Source: Octopus sinensis
Lineage: Eukaryota
Length of the DNA: 64,000 nucleotides
NCBI RefSeq assembly: GCF_006345805.1
Contig: NC_043005.1
Coordinates: forward strand, 14,570,001 to 14,634,000
Direction: 5' to 3'
The notes under the pieces were generated by a model. The model was given only the letters and a program-made list of their open reading frames with translations. It was not told the DNA's origin and did no database searches. The position numbers and the translations under genes were made by a program. Numbering within the stretch: the first letter of the stretch is position 1; each line of letters begins with the position of its first letter. Shown one piece after another: positions 52,296 through 64,000 of the stretch.

Positions 52296-52559
52296 CAGTG
52301 TTTCTCAATCATTTTTGCCAATGGGCCCCTATGATTCTTAGTTTACTCAGCTGGCCTGCCATAGCCATTCGATGTATATATAAAAAAAAAACCATTCTAT
52401 TCTAGTTTTACTATGAAATATTATAAGGAATAGTTTTAAAGAAAAATTAAAGTATTCTGTGTGTTGTAAAAGTATAAGCAATTTATTGCGCATAAATTTT
52501 AACAACAAAATCTTATATGGAACCCCAAACGCCATATGGACCCTTGTTGAGAATTAGTG
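52296..52559. mobile_element. hAT-type MITE
   Basis: TIRs CAGTGTTTCTCAA / TTGAGAATTA(G/C)TG; imperfect 8-bp TSD GTATAGAG/GTAATGAG. Confidence 0.68.
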
Positions 52560-53385
52560 GTAATGAGGTTCAAAGTAAACATCAAATACAAGTCACATCA
52601 GCAAGAAACGGATTAAACCATGGGCTTTACGAGCAGCAGACCAGCAACAGGATAATCTTATAATTTTCAGTGAAAAGTGATTGAAAATATCACTTTTTGT
52701 TCTCACAAAACTCGTTACCCCAAAAACATGGGAAATCTTAAACATGCGCGGTAAATTAAGCCTAGCCAAGAATTTCACACTCCAGAAAATATGACGCATA
52801 TAAAATACAATTAACTATATCGAATGGCATAATCTAGTACACTCAATCATTAATCACATTCAACAAACCGTCTCGCTCAAAAGCATAACCGTACCACACA
52901 CACACACACACACACACTGTCACTCCATCGGATGTGACGACGTGTGTTCCCGTTGATCTCATCAACGGAACAGCCTAATTGTGAGATTAACGTGCAAGTT
53001 GCTGAGACATTTGCCCAAGTTGTCACGCAGTGGGACTGAATCCGGAACCATGTGGTTGGTAACCAAACTGCTTACCGCACAGCCATATCCTGCGCTATGA
53101 TGGAAATTTAAATGTAATAGAATGTTTTAAAGAAAATTTAAAGTTCCTACGTGATAAATGTAAACCTATTTTGGGGCCACTCTGTATATGGAGAGACTGA
53201 GAGATTGATAGATTAATGGAAATTAAAGAAAGAACTGTACATACATACATACATACATACATACATACATACATACATACATACATACATACATACATAC
53301 ATAAGCATACACGCGTTCACGCACACACACACACACGCGCGCACACACAATCTTTTATTCATTTACTTCTTTCAATCAATAAACT

Positions 53386-53485
53386 NNNNNNNNNNNNNNN
53401 NNNNNNNNNNNNNNNNNNNNNNNNNNNNNNNNNNNNNNNNNNNNNNNNNNNNNNNNNNNNNNNNNNNNNNNNNNNNNNNNNNNNN
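53386..53485. other. Assembly gap (100 N)
   Basis: Run of N. Confidence 1.
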
Positions 53486-53804
53486 CGGGACTTATTCTTT
53501 GTAAGCCCAGTACTTATTCTATCGGTCTATTTTGCCGAACCGCTAAGTGACGGGGACGTAAACACACCAGCATCGGTTGTCAAGCAATGCTAGGGGGACA
53601 AACACACACACACACAAACACACACACATACACATATATATACATATATACGACAGGCTTCTTTCAGTTTCCGTCTACCAAATCCATTCACAAGGCATTG
53701 GTCGGCCCAGGGCTATAGCAGACGATACTTGCCCAAGATGCCACGCAGTGGGACTGAACCCGTAACCATGTGGTTGGTTAGCAAGCTACTTACCACACAG
53801 CCAC
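53486..53804 (-). mobile_element. SINE family A, young subfamily
   Basis: Shares diagnostic AAGCAATGCTAGGGGGAC and AAGGCATTGG with the 1-236 copy. Confidence 0.9.
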
Positions 53805-53809
53805 TATGT

Positions 53810-54400
53810 CATTTTTAAAACAGAAGTTGAAGTGAAAGTGCAAGCTTCGTAGTATTTTGAAACGAGTAATACAAGGTGATTACCAGGGACATCAGTGAGG
53901 ATGTCGACCCCTTGTTTGTAGACACCTTTGTGGCAGGTAGTCAGGACAGATGTAACATTTGGCGATATGCTATCGGGTGAGATCAATATAGACATACGAG
54001 TCATGATCCCATATGACAATGTAACAGTATCGGAACTGTGATCTGTCGAGGGCTCTGAGAGGAAAACATTAAAGCTCAACATCAAAGTAAACGACTCAGC
54101 TGTTATGTATGTGGAAGTAAACTCATCTGAAAGTTTTATGCACAGAAAGTCCAAAAAGCAACAACCACAAGTAAGCCGAGGTGTAATGGTACTGTTGAGA
54201 AAATACCAAGCAGAGGGCACGATTTTCACAATTTTATGCCTGCAACTCTGCTGAATACAGAATTCAAGCTTTAGGTCAATGTGTTAACCAAAAGCCTGAT
54301 ACTTGTTGTCAATGGCTTGGTCAATGATGAGCAGATATACTCCATCTCAAACAGATCTAGATTGGTGTAGTAGAGCTAGGACAGGGCACTTGCTGTAGTC
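53810..54400 (+). mobile_element. Decayed L1/Tx1-clade LINE fragment
   Basis: VSRGVMVLLRK and HNFMPATLLNTEFKL*VNVLTKSLILVVNGLVNDEQIYSISNRS align with the RT of the 17195-19990 element. Confidence 0.8.
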
Positions 54401-55373
54401 AGGGTAACCGTGGTTTTTGTGGGGTTTTCTCGACTTAGCCCTCGGAATTCTCTCTTTTCTTTGTTTAAATCTTTTGCTTTGCTTTTACTTTTTCTCTTTT
54501 CCAGATATTTTGATGCAATTTTTATGTACACAGTAATAGTGTTAATAAAGAAAGCATTATTATTGTTGTTGTTGTTGTTGTTTATTTATCATTGCGAAAT
54601 ACATCAAGAGTTTCCTTCCTTGAAACAAGAGTCAGGTACATTTTGAAGGCCTTCATAGACATGTTCCAGATAAACAAGAATATTCATAATTAACGAAAAG
54701 ATTGTTTAAGATTAACAAAAAAAAAAAGAAAAAAGAAAAGAAAAAGAAATCGTTTGCAAAACTTGCATAAAAATATTCGGAGTTATGACTTTATAATTAG
54801 TTTTTAGTAATCTCATTATAAAGAAATTTCCATTACAACAATAATTCTATTTTCGATCCAATCAATTTTGTTATAACAGAATTTCTCTTGTATTGTAACG
54901 CAATAATATTCTTAATATTATTAGTTATGCCAATTAGGGAAAAAAATTGTTCAATAGGCTAAGTCATGACTGTATGGTTAAGGAGCTCGCCTTGTAGTTG
55001 CGTGACTTCAGATAGTCTCACTGTGTAGCACTCTGTCTGACCAATGCCTTGGTTGGGAGCGAATTTATTAAACGGAAACTGTGTGAAAGCCATCATACAT
55101 GTGTTTGTGAGTGGGTGTGTGTTTGTGCCAGTGGTTCTCCCGCTACCGTTTGACAACTGGTGTTGCTCTCTTTACGGCTCCGCGACTGAACAGTTCGAGA
55201 AAATGGACTGATTGAAAACGTATCAGACTTTAAAACATAAGTACTGGGGGTCGATCTGTTCGTTTAAAACTCTTCAGGGTTGTACTCCAGCATGGTCGCA
55301 GTTAGTGACAGCAACATGTAAAGATAAGAAAATAAAACATACAAATAAGCAATACGTTTAATATGCTGTATAT

Positions 55374-55422
<49 letters not shown>

Positions 55423-56855
55423 TATATATTATATATATATATATATTTATAATATATATATTTATATGGATATTATATATTATTATATATAATATATATA
55501 GATATATATATATATATATATATTTGAAGGTTAACAAATCGTTCAAGTGAAGAAAAGAGATCAACATTTAACAGTATTTGCTCCTATGTTTATCCTTATA
55601 GGTAATTCATTAGTGTTTTTACAGAAATGACTGTATTGATCCATCCAGTTGAGCCAGTTACAATTGGGTTGATCGGCACATTCCTGAACTACTATAATAT
55701 TTTAAATTCAACTGCCAGGTGGTGCAATTTCTCAACATTTCAGCTCACTTGAGCACATCATTGTTTTTATTTGATGTTGACATAATAATAATTAATTCAC
55801 TATTGCCATTTCTGTCACAGAGAACGATGTCAAGCTTATTATGTACTATCTAGTAGTCTGTCTGTATACTAAATTTCTATAGTAACTTTCTATAGTCATT
55901 TTTTAAAAGACAGGTGGCGGCTTTTACAGTCTTACGTCACTGTGTCTCCAAATATATTTTGTCAGACCATTTGTAAAATATCCTGATACAGTGAAGTATA
56001 TCATTCCAGGAAATGCTTTCCACATTCGTCATTTGTTATCTATAGTGTAGAATTAGCTATTATTCCTTTTATCAGGCCCAGTAATAATGACCTGTTACTG
56101 TATCACGGATGCTGGTGCCGTATTCGCCCCCCCCCACCCATTCAAACCGGATTTGTGCATCCAGGCCAGATCTACGTATAGTGTATCCTGTTCCCGAAAA
56201 TATTGTCTTTGTAAACAGCATACTTGGGCAATGTAATATTCTTTTCCTAAAAACAACAACAAAACTGTGTAGTTCACTATAAATTAATTCACGTGGCCAG
56301 CGCTTACACTGTTATGCAAATCGGACTGACCAATTTACTTCTATCAAAGTTTGTATAAACTAGCTATAACCATGAGCTATTTTGGGGGCAGAAACTGAGC
56401 CGGTGGTCTCTAAGCAAAGTTCAGCAAAACTTGAAGCTATGATCAATTGATCTCTTTCCCTACCAACGAGAGACAAACTTGTGATATATTCACTTTGTTT
56501 GTGTTGCACTGTTTGTGTAGAACTGTTCAGAATGTCTACGTTCAGGAGGACTGTAGAAATCGGAATTCTGGTAGAAAGGGTAGTAGAAACATATCGCCAG
56601 AACTCAATAAATGAATGAATTAATTAATAAATAATCTTTGTGGCAAGCGAGTCGTGAGAGCGAAATTTCAAAATCAAGCGTTCATCTCATTTTCAAACAC
56701 CCATTAGAAAAATTACATCCCAATAAATAGTTTATGTTCTCAATGAAGATGATCCGGATCGTAGAGTGGAGTTTTGAGAGCGGTACTTGCAAGATGCGAG
56801 GAAGATGCACACTTTTCAACTAATATTGTTTGACGTGAGGAGTCCACACTTAAAT

Positions 56856-57142
56856 GTGGAGGCGCAATGGCCCAGTGGTTAGGGCAGCGGACTCACGATC
56901 ATAGGATCGCGGTTTCGATTCCCAGACCGGGCGTTGTGAGTGTTTATTGAGCGAAAACACCTAAAGCTCCACGAGGCTCCGGCAGTGGATGGTAGTGATC
57001 CCTGCTGTACTCTTTCACGACAACTTTCTCTCACTCTTACTTCCTGTTTCAGTTGTACCTGTTAATTTCACGAGCAGGCTGTTCCGTTGATTCGGATCAA
57101 CCGGAACCCTCGTCGTCGTAACCGACGGAGTGCTTCCATCCA
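56856..57142 (+). mobile_element. SINE family C with internal deletion
   Basis: 13-bp TSD TCCACACTTAAAT (56843-56855, 57143-57155). Confidence 0.92.
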
Positions 57143-57298
57143 TCCACACTTAAATTAAATGACTCAAATAACGGCCTCTATTGCCTCTATTAGGGATCGA
57201 AAATTTGCATACTACGTGGGGCATCATGTTAATTTACTACGACTTACAGTATGGTGTGGCTTATCCTCAAAAAGATTAAGTGGATCGAGCTGGTTATA

Positions 57299-57583
57299 GG
57301 CGGCGAGCTGGCATAGGCGGCGAGCTGGCATAGGCAGCGAGCTGGCATAGGCGGCGAGCTGGCAGAAACGTTAGCACGCCAGGCGAAATGCGTAGCCGTA
57401 TTTCGTCTGCCGTTACATTCTGAGTTCAAATTCCACCGAGGTCGACTTTGCCTTTCATCCTTTCGGGGTAGATTAAATAAGTACCAGTTACGCACTGGAG
57501 TCGATATAATCGACTTAATCCGTGTATCTGTCCTTGTTTGTCCTCTTTGTGTTTAGCCCCTTGTGGGTAGTAAGGAAATAGGT
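57299..57583 (+). mobile_element. SINE family B with three extra 17-bp copies of its 5' end
   Basis: (GGCGGCGAGCTGGCATA)x3 followed by a normal head. Confidence 0.9.
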
Positions 57584-58169
57584 ACTGTGACCGACCCCAT
57601 TTACCTAAACTTGCTGTGCCAATCTATCATTCCTTGCATTCAAGAGGATTTTGAAGATTTGGAGTTAAATACCAGCAAGATGGAACACCCCAACACCATC
57701 ACAGTAATGTAAAGGCCTGCTTTGACGAGATTTAGCAAACAGGTGAATTAGACAAGAACGTTCAGTAGAATATACTCCACATTCATCGCACTGTACACCA
57801 CTAGACGTTTTTTTTTTTTGTGGGATACTTAAAGATAAAGTTTACGTTACAAAACCGGCAAGAGTTGAAATGAGGACAGCCAATGAACTAGAATGCGCAC
57901 AAATATTGAAGGAAGTGCTTCTTGACGTTTGTGATTCTATTGCTTCACGTTATCAGCAGTGTCCGGATCAGAACGGTCATAAGTTTGAAAACAGGAGTTC
58001 ATTAAAAAATTAAATTCTCCCTGTAGATTCAATTAAATTGTGAACATAAAATGTATTATAATAATCACTGACTTTATAATCATTCAATATCTGTATAGAG
58101 TATTTTGAGACAATCTATACACAAACACACATACATATGTATGTGGAATTGTGTGTACAACTAACTAAC

Positions 58170-58210
<41 letters not shown>

Positions 58211-58292
58211 TATGTATATATATATATTATATTTATATTATATATATATATAGTATGTATATATATATGTATATTATATATAATATATATAT

Positions 58293-58353
<61 letters not shown>

Positions 58354-58383
58354 ATACATATATACACACACACACACACCCAC

Positions 58384-58416
<33 letters not shown>

Positions 58417-58420
58417 TATA

Positions 58421-58628
58421 GGTAAACAGTAAAATAATTACAGACATGGACAAGAACATGAAACACCACAGAGACGACACAAGAACCACAGGACGGGACA
58501 TTCGAAGCCCTCAGTCATCAGTCAAGAACCAGATCATCTTAGCAATTTCGGCTGATTAATCTTGAGATTGCTCCGATATGGCCAGCCCGCCAAGGGAAAT
58601 CTAAGCCAAGCGCATTAGATCCCCTGGA
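58421..58628 (-). mobile_element. Short element between (TA)n runs carrying permuted hammerhead parts
   Basis: GC-richer island in TA microsatellite; motif at 58506-58572. Confidence 0.5.
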
Positions 58629-58711
58629 AATATATATATATATATACACACATCCACATACACACAGATCAAGGCTAAAATAACATACTAAAAGGCATAT
58701 AGGCACGATCT

Positions 58712-58802
<91 letters not shown>

Positions 58803-58889
58803 GAGAGAGAGGAGAGAGAGAGAGAGGAGAGAGATGAGAGAGAGAGAGAGAAGAGAGGAGAGATAGAGGAGAGAAGGAGAGAGATGAGA

Positions 58890-58920
<31 letters not shown>

Positions 58921-58954
58921 GGAGAGAGGAGAGAGACGGAGAGAAAGAGAGGGA

Positions 58955-58999
<45 letters not shown>

Positions 59000-59000
59000 A
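58712..59000. repeat. (GA)n microsatellite
   Basis: Direct reading. Confidence 0.95.
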
Positions 59001-59307
59001 AGATGCTGAGAGACCGGAAAGATATCTGAACAACCTTAGGATACAGTGATTTCTTTAAGATGGAATGTTGCCTAGCATTCAGGCTATGGCACAAAGGTTA
59101 TCAAACTTAATTTCCAACCGCCGTTTACCATCACAGATGGTGCGGTGCTGCTAGAATCTCGATATTATCACAAGTCTTCTCAAGAAAAAAGAAAAATAAA
59201 CTTAATCGTTTGCGACTTAGACTCTCTGTTAACCAGAGCAGAAATAAAGATACAAGAAAAGATGGAATAATCTAAGAAAAAATATGCATTACAGATTAGA
59301 GTGAGTA

Positions 59308-59369
59308 AACACACACACACACACACACACCACACACACACACACACACACAACACACACACGCACACG

Positions 59370-59404
<35 letters not shown>

Positions 59405-59960
59405 CACACACACACAACACGCACGCACGCACACACACACATACACACACACACATATATATATATATACACACATATATATGTACATATATATACACAC
59501 ACATATATTCACACATATACACACACACATACACACACACATATATATATACACACATACACACACATATATATGCACATATATACACACATATATATAC
59601 ACAAGCACACACACATATATATACACACATATATGTACACACATGCACACACACACATATATATGTACATATATACACACACATATATATGCACATATAT
59701 ACACACACACATATATATATATACACGCATATATATATATATACACGCATATATATATATATACACGCATACACACACATATATGTACACACATATATGC
59801 ACATATATACACACACATATATACACTCACATACACACACACATATATATACACATATATACACACATACATATACACACACATATACATACTCACACAC
59901 ATACATTATATATATATATATATATGCACATACACACATATGCATATGTACTATATCTGT
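59308..59960. repeat. (CA)n/(TA)n degenerate microsatellite
   Basis: Direct reading. Confidence 0.95.
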
Positions 59961-60446
59961 GTGTGTTTGTGCGCGCGCGTGCGTGAATGTCCCGCAGATG
60001 TATAAATAGGAATGCGGTAGGTAGATAACATATCAGAGAAAATATTTACAAGAGATATCTTAAACGTATTAGATATTTAAGTTAGAAAAATAACCATTCT
60101 TATGATTAATCTCATCATTTCTTCTATCTTATTTTTTTATTTTTAAACTTCTTAACGAATGTCAGTTAATTAACACAGTCCATACAGTGTGCCACTCATT
60201 ATCAAGCAACAGAAAACTTTGCATTATTTTACGTTCCGAATTCAAATTCCGCTTTAATACATTCTGAGTTTTATCTTTCTAAGATTCGTAAAAATAAAGT
60301 ATCCGGGAAACATTAGGCGTAGAGTTCGTTGAGTGCGGCCCGCCTCCACACAAAAGGTCCAAGCCTGGCGAGATGAAATCTTGCCGAGCTTGGCCTTTCG
60401 CTTTGCCTTTCGCTTCGCCTTTCGGATATGTAGGAGATACCACAAA

Positions 60447-60615
60447 GGCGTAGGAGTGGCTGTGTGGTAAGTAACTTGCTTACGAACCACATGGTTCCGG
60501 GTTCAGTCCCACTGCGTGGCACCTTGGGCAAGTGTCTTCTACTATAGTCTCAGGCTGACCAAAGCCTTGTCAGTGGATTTGGTAGACGGAAACTGAAAGA
60601 AGCCCGTTGTATATA

Positions 60616-60709
<94 letters not shown>

Positions 60710-60922
60710 ATGCTTGTTTGTCTGTTTGTCCTCCCCACCATCGCTTGACAACCGATGGTAGTGTGTTTAGGTTCCCGTAACTTAGCGGTTCGGCAAAAGA
60801 ACCGGTAGAACAAGTACTAGGCAGGCTTACAAAGAATAAGTCCTGGGGTCGATTTGCTCGACTAAAGGTGGTGCTCCAGCATGGCCACAGTCAAATGACT
60901 GAAACAAGTAAAAAAGTAAAAG
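60447..60922 (+). mobile_element. SINE family A, full length
   Basis: Head, microsatellite and tail. Confidence 0.9.
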
Positions 60923-61011
60923 AGATATCTCTTGGTTAACCAGCATGTTAGTAACTGCGTCAAACCACAACAACTGAAAACAAAACGGGAGCACCGTTAA
61001 TTGCAACAGAA

Positions 61012-61819
61012 AATTCTTTTCTGTTCTAGGCACATGGCCCGAAATTTTGGTGGGAGGTGGGCAGTCGATTACATCAACCCCAGTACGCAACTGTTACTTA
61101 ATTTTCGACCCCGAATGGATGAAAGGCAAAGTCGATCTCGGCGGAATTTGAACGCAGAACGTAAAGACAAACGAAATACGTATTTCTTTACTACCCACAA
61201 GGGGCTAAACACAAAGAGGACAAACAAGGACAGACAAACGGATTAAGTTGATTATATCAACCCCAGTGCGTAACTGGTACTTATTTAATCGACCCCAAAA
61301 GGATGAAAGGCAAAGTCGACCTCGGCGTAATTTGAACACAGAACGTAGCGGCAGACGAAATACCGCTGAGCATTTCGCCCGGCGTGCTAACGTTTCTTAT
61401 TTCTTATTTCTTTATTACCCACACGGGGCTAAACATAGAGGGGACAAACAAGGACAGACAAAGGGATTAAGTCGATTACATCGACCCCAGTGCGGAACTG
61501 GTACTTAATTTATCGACCCCGAAAGGATGAAAGGCAAAGTCGACCTCGGCGGAATTTGAACTCAGAACGTAGCCGCTGACGAAATACCTATTTCTTTATT
61601 ACCCACAAGGGGCTAAACACAGAGGGGACAAACAAGGACAGACATAGGTATTAAGTCGATTACATCGACCCCAGTGCGTAACTGGTACTTAATTTATCGA
61701 CCCCGAAAGGATGAAAGGCATAGTCGACCTCGGCGGAATTTGAACTCACAACGTAACGACAGACGAAATACTGCTAAGCATTTCGCCCGGCGTGCTAACG
61801 TTTCTGCCAGCTCACCGCC
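61012..61819 (-). mobile_element. Head-to-tail array of four SINE B units
   Basis: Junctions at 61179/61180, about 61396 and 61587/61588. Confidence 0.9.
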
Positions 61820-62774
61820 TGCATTGCAAGAGAAAATTCAGTAAATGACGATCTTATTAGCATACGAGCCCTTCAAACACTGTCACATAGGACACATAAT
61901 TATATTTTGCACCCGTTCCTCCTAAAAGTACCAATAATTAAAAAACGAAAGCTAAAAGAAAATTTTGTATGACGAGAGACTTTTACCGTTGTAAGCTACT
62001 TGCGATTGGTCCTGAAGTACTGCTTCAGTGTTTGTCTAAGAAGCTGGAGTACATCCGGCTTAAAATTGACGGAAAAACCAAATTAAGTAATATTGTTTTA
62101 TCTGATGATCAACATGATTATCAGATGAATACGTTGCTTATCTGGTGACCTGTATAAGACACAAAACCATATTCGTTCCATCGTAAGCGACGTTTATACA
62201 ATAACAGATTTGTGGTGACTCAGTTCTATTTGCGGTATATAAGTACGTTACTTAGATATCATTAGAACTAGAACTAATCAGTATCAGTTGTTCTTGTATA
62301 GACAAAGTTGACATCAGTTGGATTTGAACTTGAAACGTAATAGACCCAAGTACAATACTAAAGAGCATTTTGTCCGTGGCGTCAACAATTCTACTAAGGT
62401 CGAAGAAATAAATACCAGTTGAGAACTGGGGCCGATGTAATCGACTAGAACACGCACACGAACTTTCTAGGCTTGTGCCAAAATTTGAAGCCATTATTAA
62501 AAGAAGGTGAAGCTAAAACGGGTAAGTGGCAGAATCGTTAAAGCACCGAATAAAATATGTATTTTGCCCATCTTCACAGCCTGAGTTCAAATTCCGCCGA
62601 GGTCACCTTTTCATTTTATCCTTTCGAGGCCGATAAAATACCAGTAAAAAAGTGTCCTATTTCCCCCTCCACAATTCCAGGCCTTGTGCCTATTGCAGAA
62701 AAATATTATTATCATTTTATTGGCCTCAATGAACAAGAAGTTAGCGATAAAGGATCGTAATAAAAAGCAGTGAG

Positions 62775-63117
62775 AGCTTGTCTGTCTGAGACCCCAATGA
62801 CTGACCATGGGATTGCACTTAGAAAGTTACCCTCCCAGGCACAAGTCCGCGCAAGGTTGTTTATGGAAGATCAGCAGTCACCCATGCATAACGGCCTCCC
62901 CTCTCCACACCACCAGTGTTATCCAAGGGAAAAGCAAAAGCCGATACAGCTTGGCACCCGTGACGTCGCAACTCATTTCTACAGCTGAGTGAACTGGAGC
63001 AATGTGAAAAAAAGTGTCTTGCTCAAGAACACAACAGGCAGCCCGGTCCGGGGATTCGAGCTCAGAACCTCGCGATAGTAAGCTCGACACTCTAACCACT
63101 GAGCCATGCGCCTTCAC
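62775..63117 (-). mobile_element. SINE family D
   Basis: tRNA-like head GGCGCATGGCTCAGTGGTTAGAGTGTCGAGC; homologous to 21663-21962. Confidence 0.8.
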
Positions 63118-63179
63118 AGTGGGAGATTATACAGGTAATAAACATATCAATAACTGGTAACAATAAAATAACAGCAAAT

Positions 63180-64000
63180 AAAAATTCTCCAATTGAGAAG
63201 GGAGTGGAGCTACTTAAGGGAAAACCAAGGAGCATTACAGGTCACGGATTACCCTGAACACCAAGAAGTATTCTTTTTCAAATGTTATTTTTCAACCTAC
63301 ACGTGTATACTGATCTTAAGTCAGTCGGTCATGTTCATACCTACATTTTAATAAATTTACTAACAGCATCATCTTTTCTTTTCTCTAACTTCTTTCATTA
63401 AGAGAAACTCGAAAACGTCGATGAAGGCTCGATCGAAGAGGAAAGTGTCTGTTCTCAGTTTTTTCAGTGTCCTCTACCGCGAAACCTCTCTCACCACACC
63501 AACCAAAGAGAAAACTGCTAAATTTTCCCGGCTAAAGGGAGGCGGAGAAGTCCTTTTGATCGGGCATCGGTCGCTATCCCTCCCACACTCGACAAAACTG
63601 TTATACATAACTCTACATGTTAGCAACGCTCGAGTACTGAATAGGTACGTGTAGAACGATATCATTATTCTGCGTACTTCACGAACAGGCTCGGCTGATG
63701 GCTCTTTCATTCATTTAAAGTCTATCTCGAACCGGTAATGACCTCAACGCAATAGTGCTTCCAAGTTGAGGATTTTTAGAAGTTGTCTGTAGCTTCCGTG
63801 TCAATAGTTCCCCAGAACAGACTAGGCAGTTCAGTCTCGTCGACTTTCTCTGAGAACGTACTCACTCTCCTCCACAATAAGTCCTCTACAAAATGGTAAT
63901 GCAAAAGTTACTTCGACCACATCGCTCAACTGATAGAAGATTGTGAGCGCCTCATAGCATTCCACGAACTAGTTTTGGTCTTCGCTTAGTTAAGATCTAC
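63180..64000 (-). mobile_element. Decayed 3' end of an L1/Tx1-clade LINE, cut by the window edge
   Basis: SLPVRDRL...RACS and RTSPPPFSRENLAVFSLVGVVREV align with 17360-17848; 3' UTR GGTGTTCAGGGTAATC is shared with about 17285-17325. Confidence 0.7.

Larger units (their letters stand above)
56450..58010 (+). mobile_element. Decayed DD41D (rosa-type) Tc1/mariner transposase, interrupted by two SINEs
   Basis: LNEDDPDRRVEF, HVNLLRLTVWCGLSS, GTVT, and QQDGT...VEYTPHSSHCTPLD with 41 residues between the 2nd and 3rd Asp after correcting one 1-nt deletion; YLKDKVY...VCDSIASRYQQC.DQNGHKFE. Confidence 0.85.

Noticed and set aside
53804-54229. 141-aa minus-strand ORF that looks like a unique protein
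   Set aside because: It is the antisense shadow of a decayed plus-strand L1/Tx1 fragment.
61012-61819. CRISPR-like repeat array
   Set aside because: Units are about 184-nt SINE segments with no unique spacers; eukaryotic context and no cas genes.

Overview
This is eukaryotic, AT-rich, repeat-saturated DNA with no operons or CRISPR. The tRNA-headed SINE families and microsatellite load resemble an octopus/coleoid cephalopod genome (inference). The only host coding sequence I can support is two minus-strand exons of an ecto-5'-nucleotidase (NT5E/CD73-like) gene at 14625-14835 and 893-1078. They are separated by a 13.5-kb intron and keep the intron positions/phases I recall for vertebrate NT5E exons 2 and 3. 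I could not find exon 1 in the 49 kb upstream. The rest is mobile DNA: four SINE families, seven non-autonomous Helitrons, decayed L1/Tx1-, R4/Dong- and CR1-type LINEs, Tc1 and DD41D (rosa) transposons, hAT and pogo-like MITEs, a Merlin-like MITE pair, long microsatellites and a 100-N gap (53386-53485). The most unusual signal is a set of at least seven unrelated hammerhead-ribozyme-like motifs in short Penelope-type terminal repeats. One has a compensatory G3-C8 core swap and sits inside a 145-bp near-perfect hairpin in the NT5E intron. Another has its three strands in a non-canonical order. All alignments and folds were done by eye, and repeat boundaries are approximate unless TSD/TIR positions are given.
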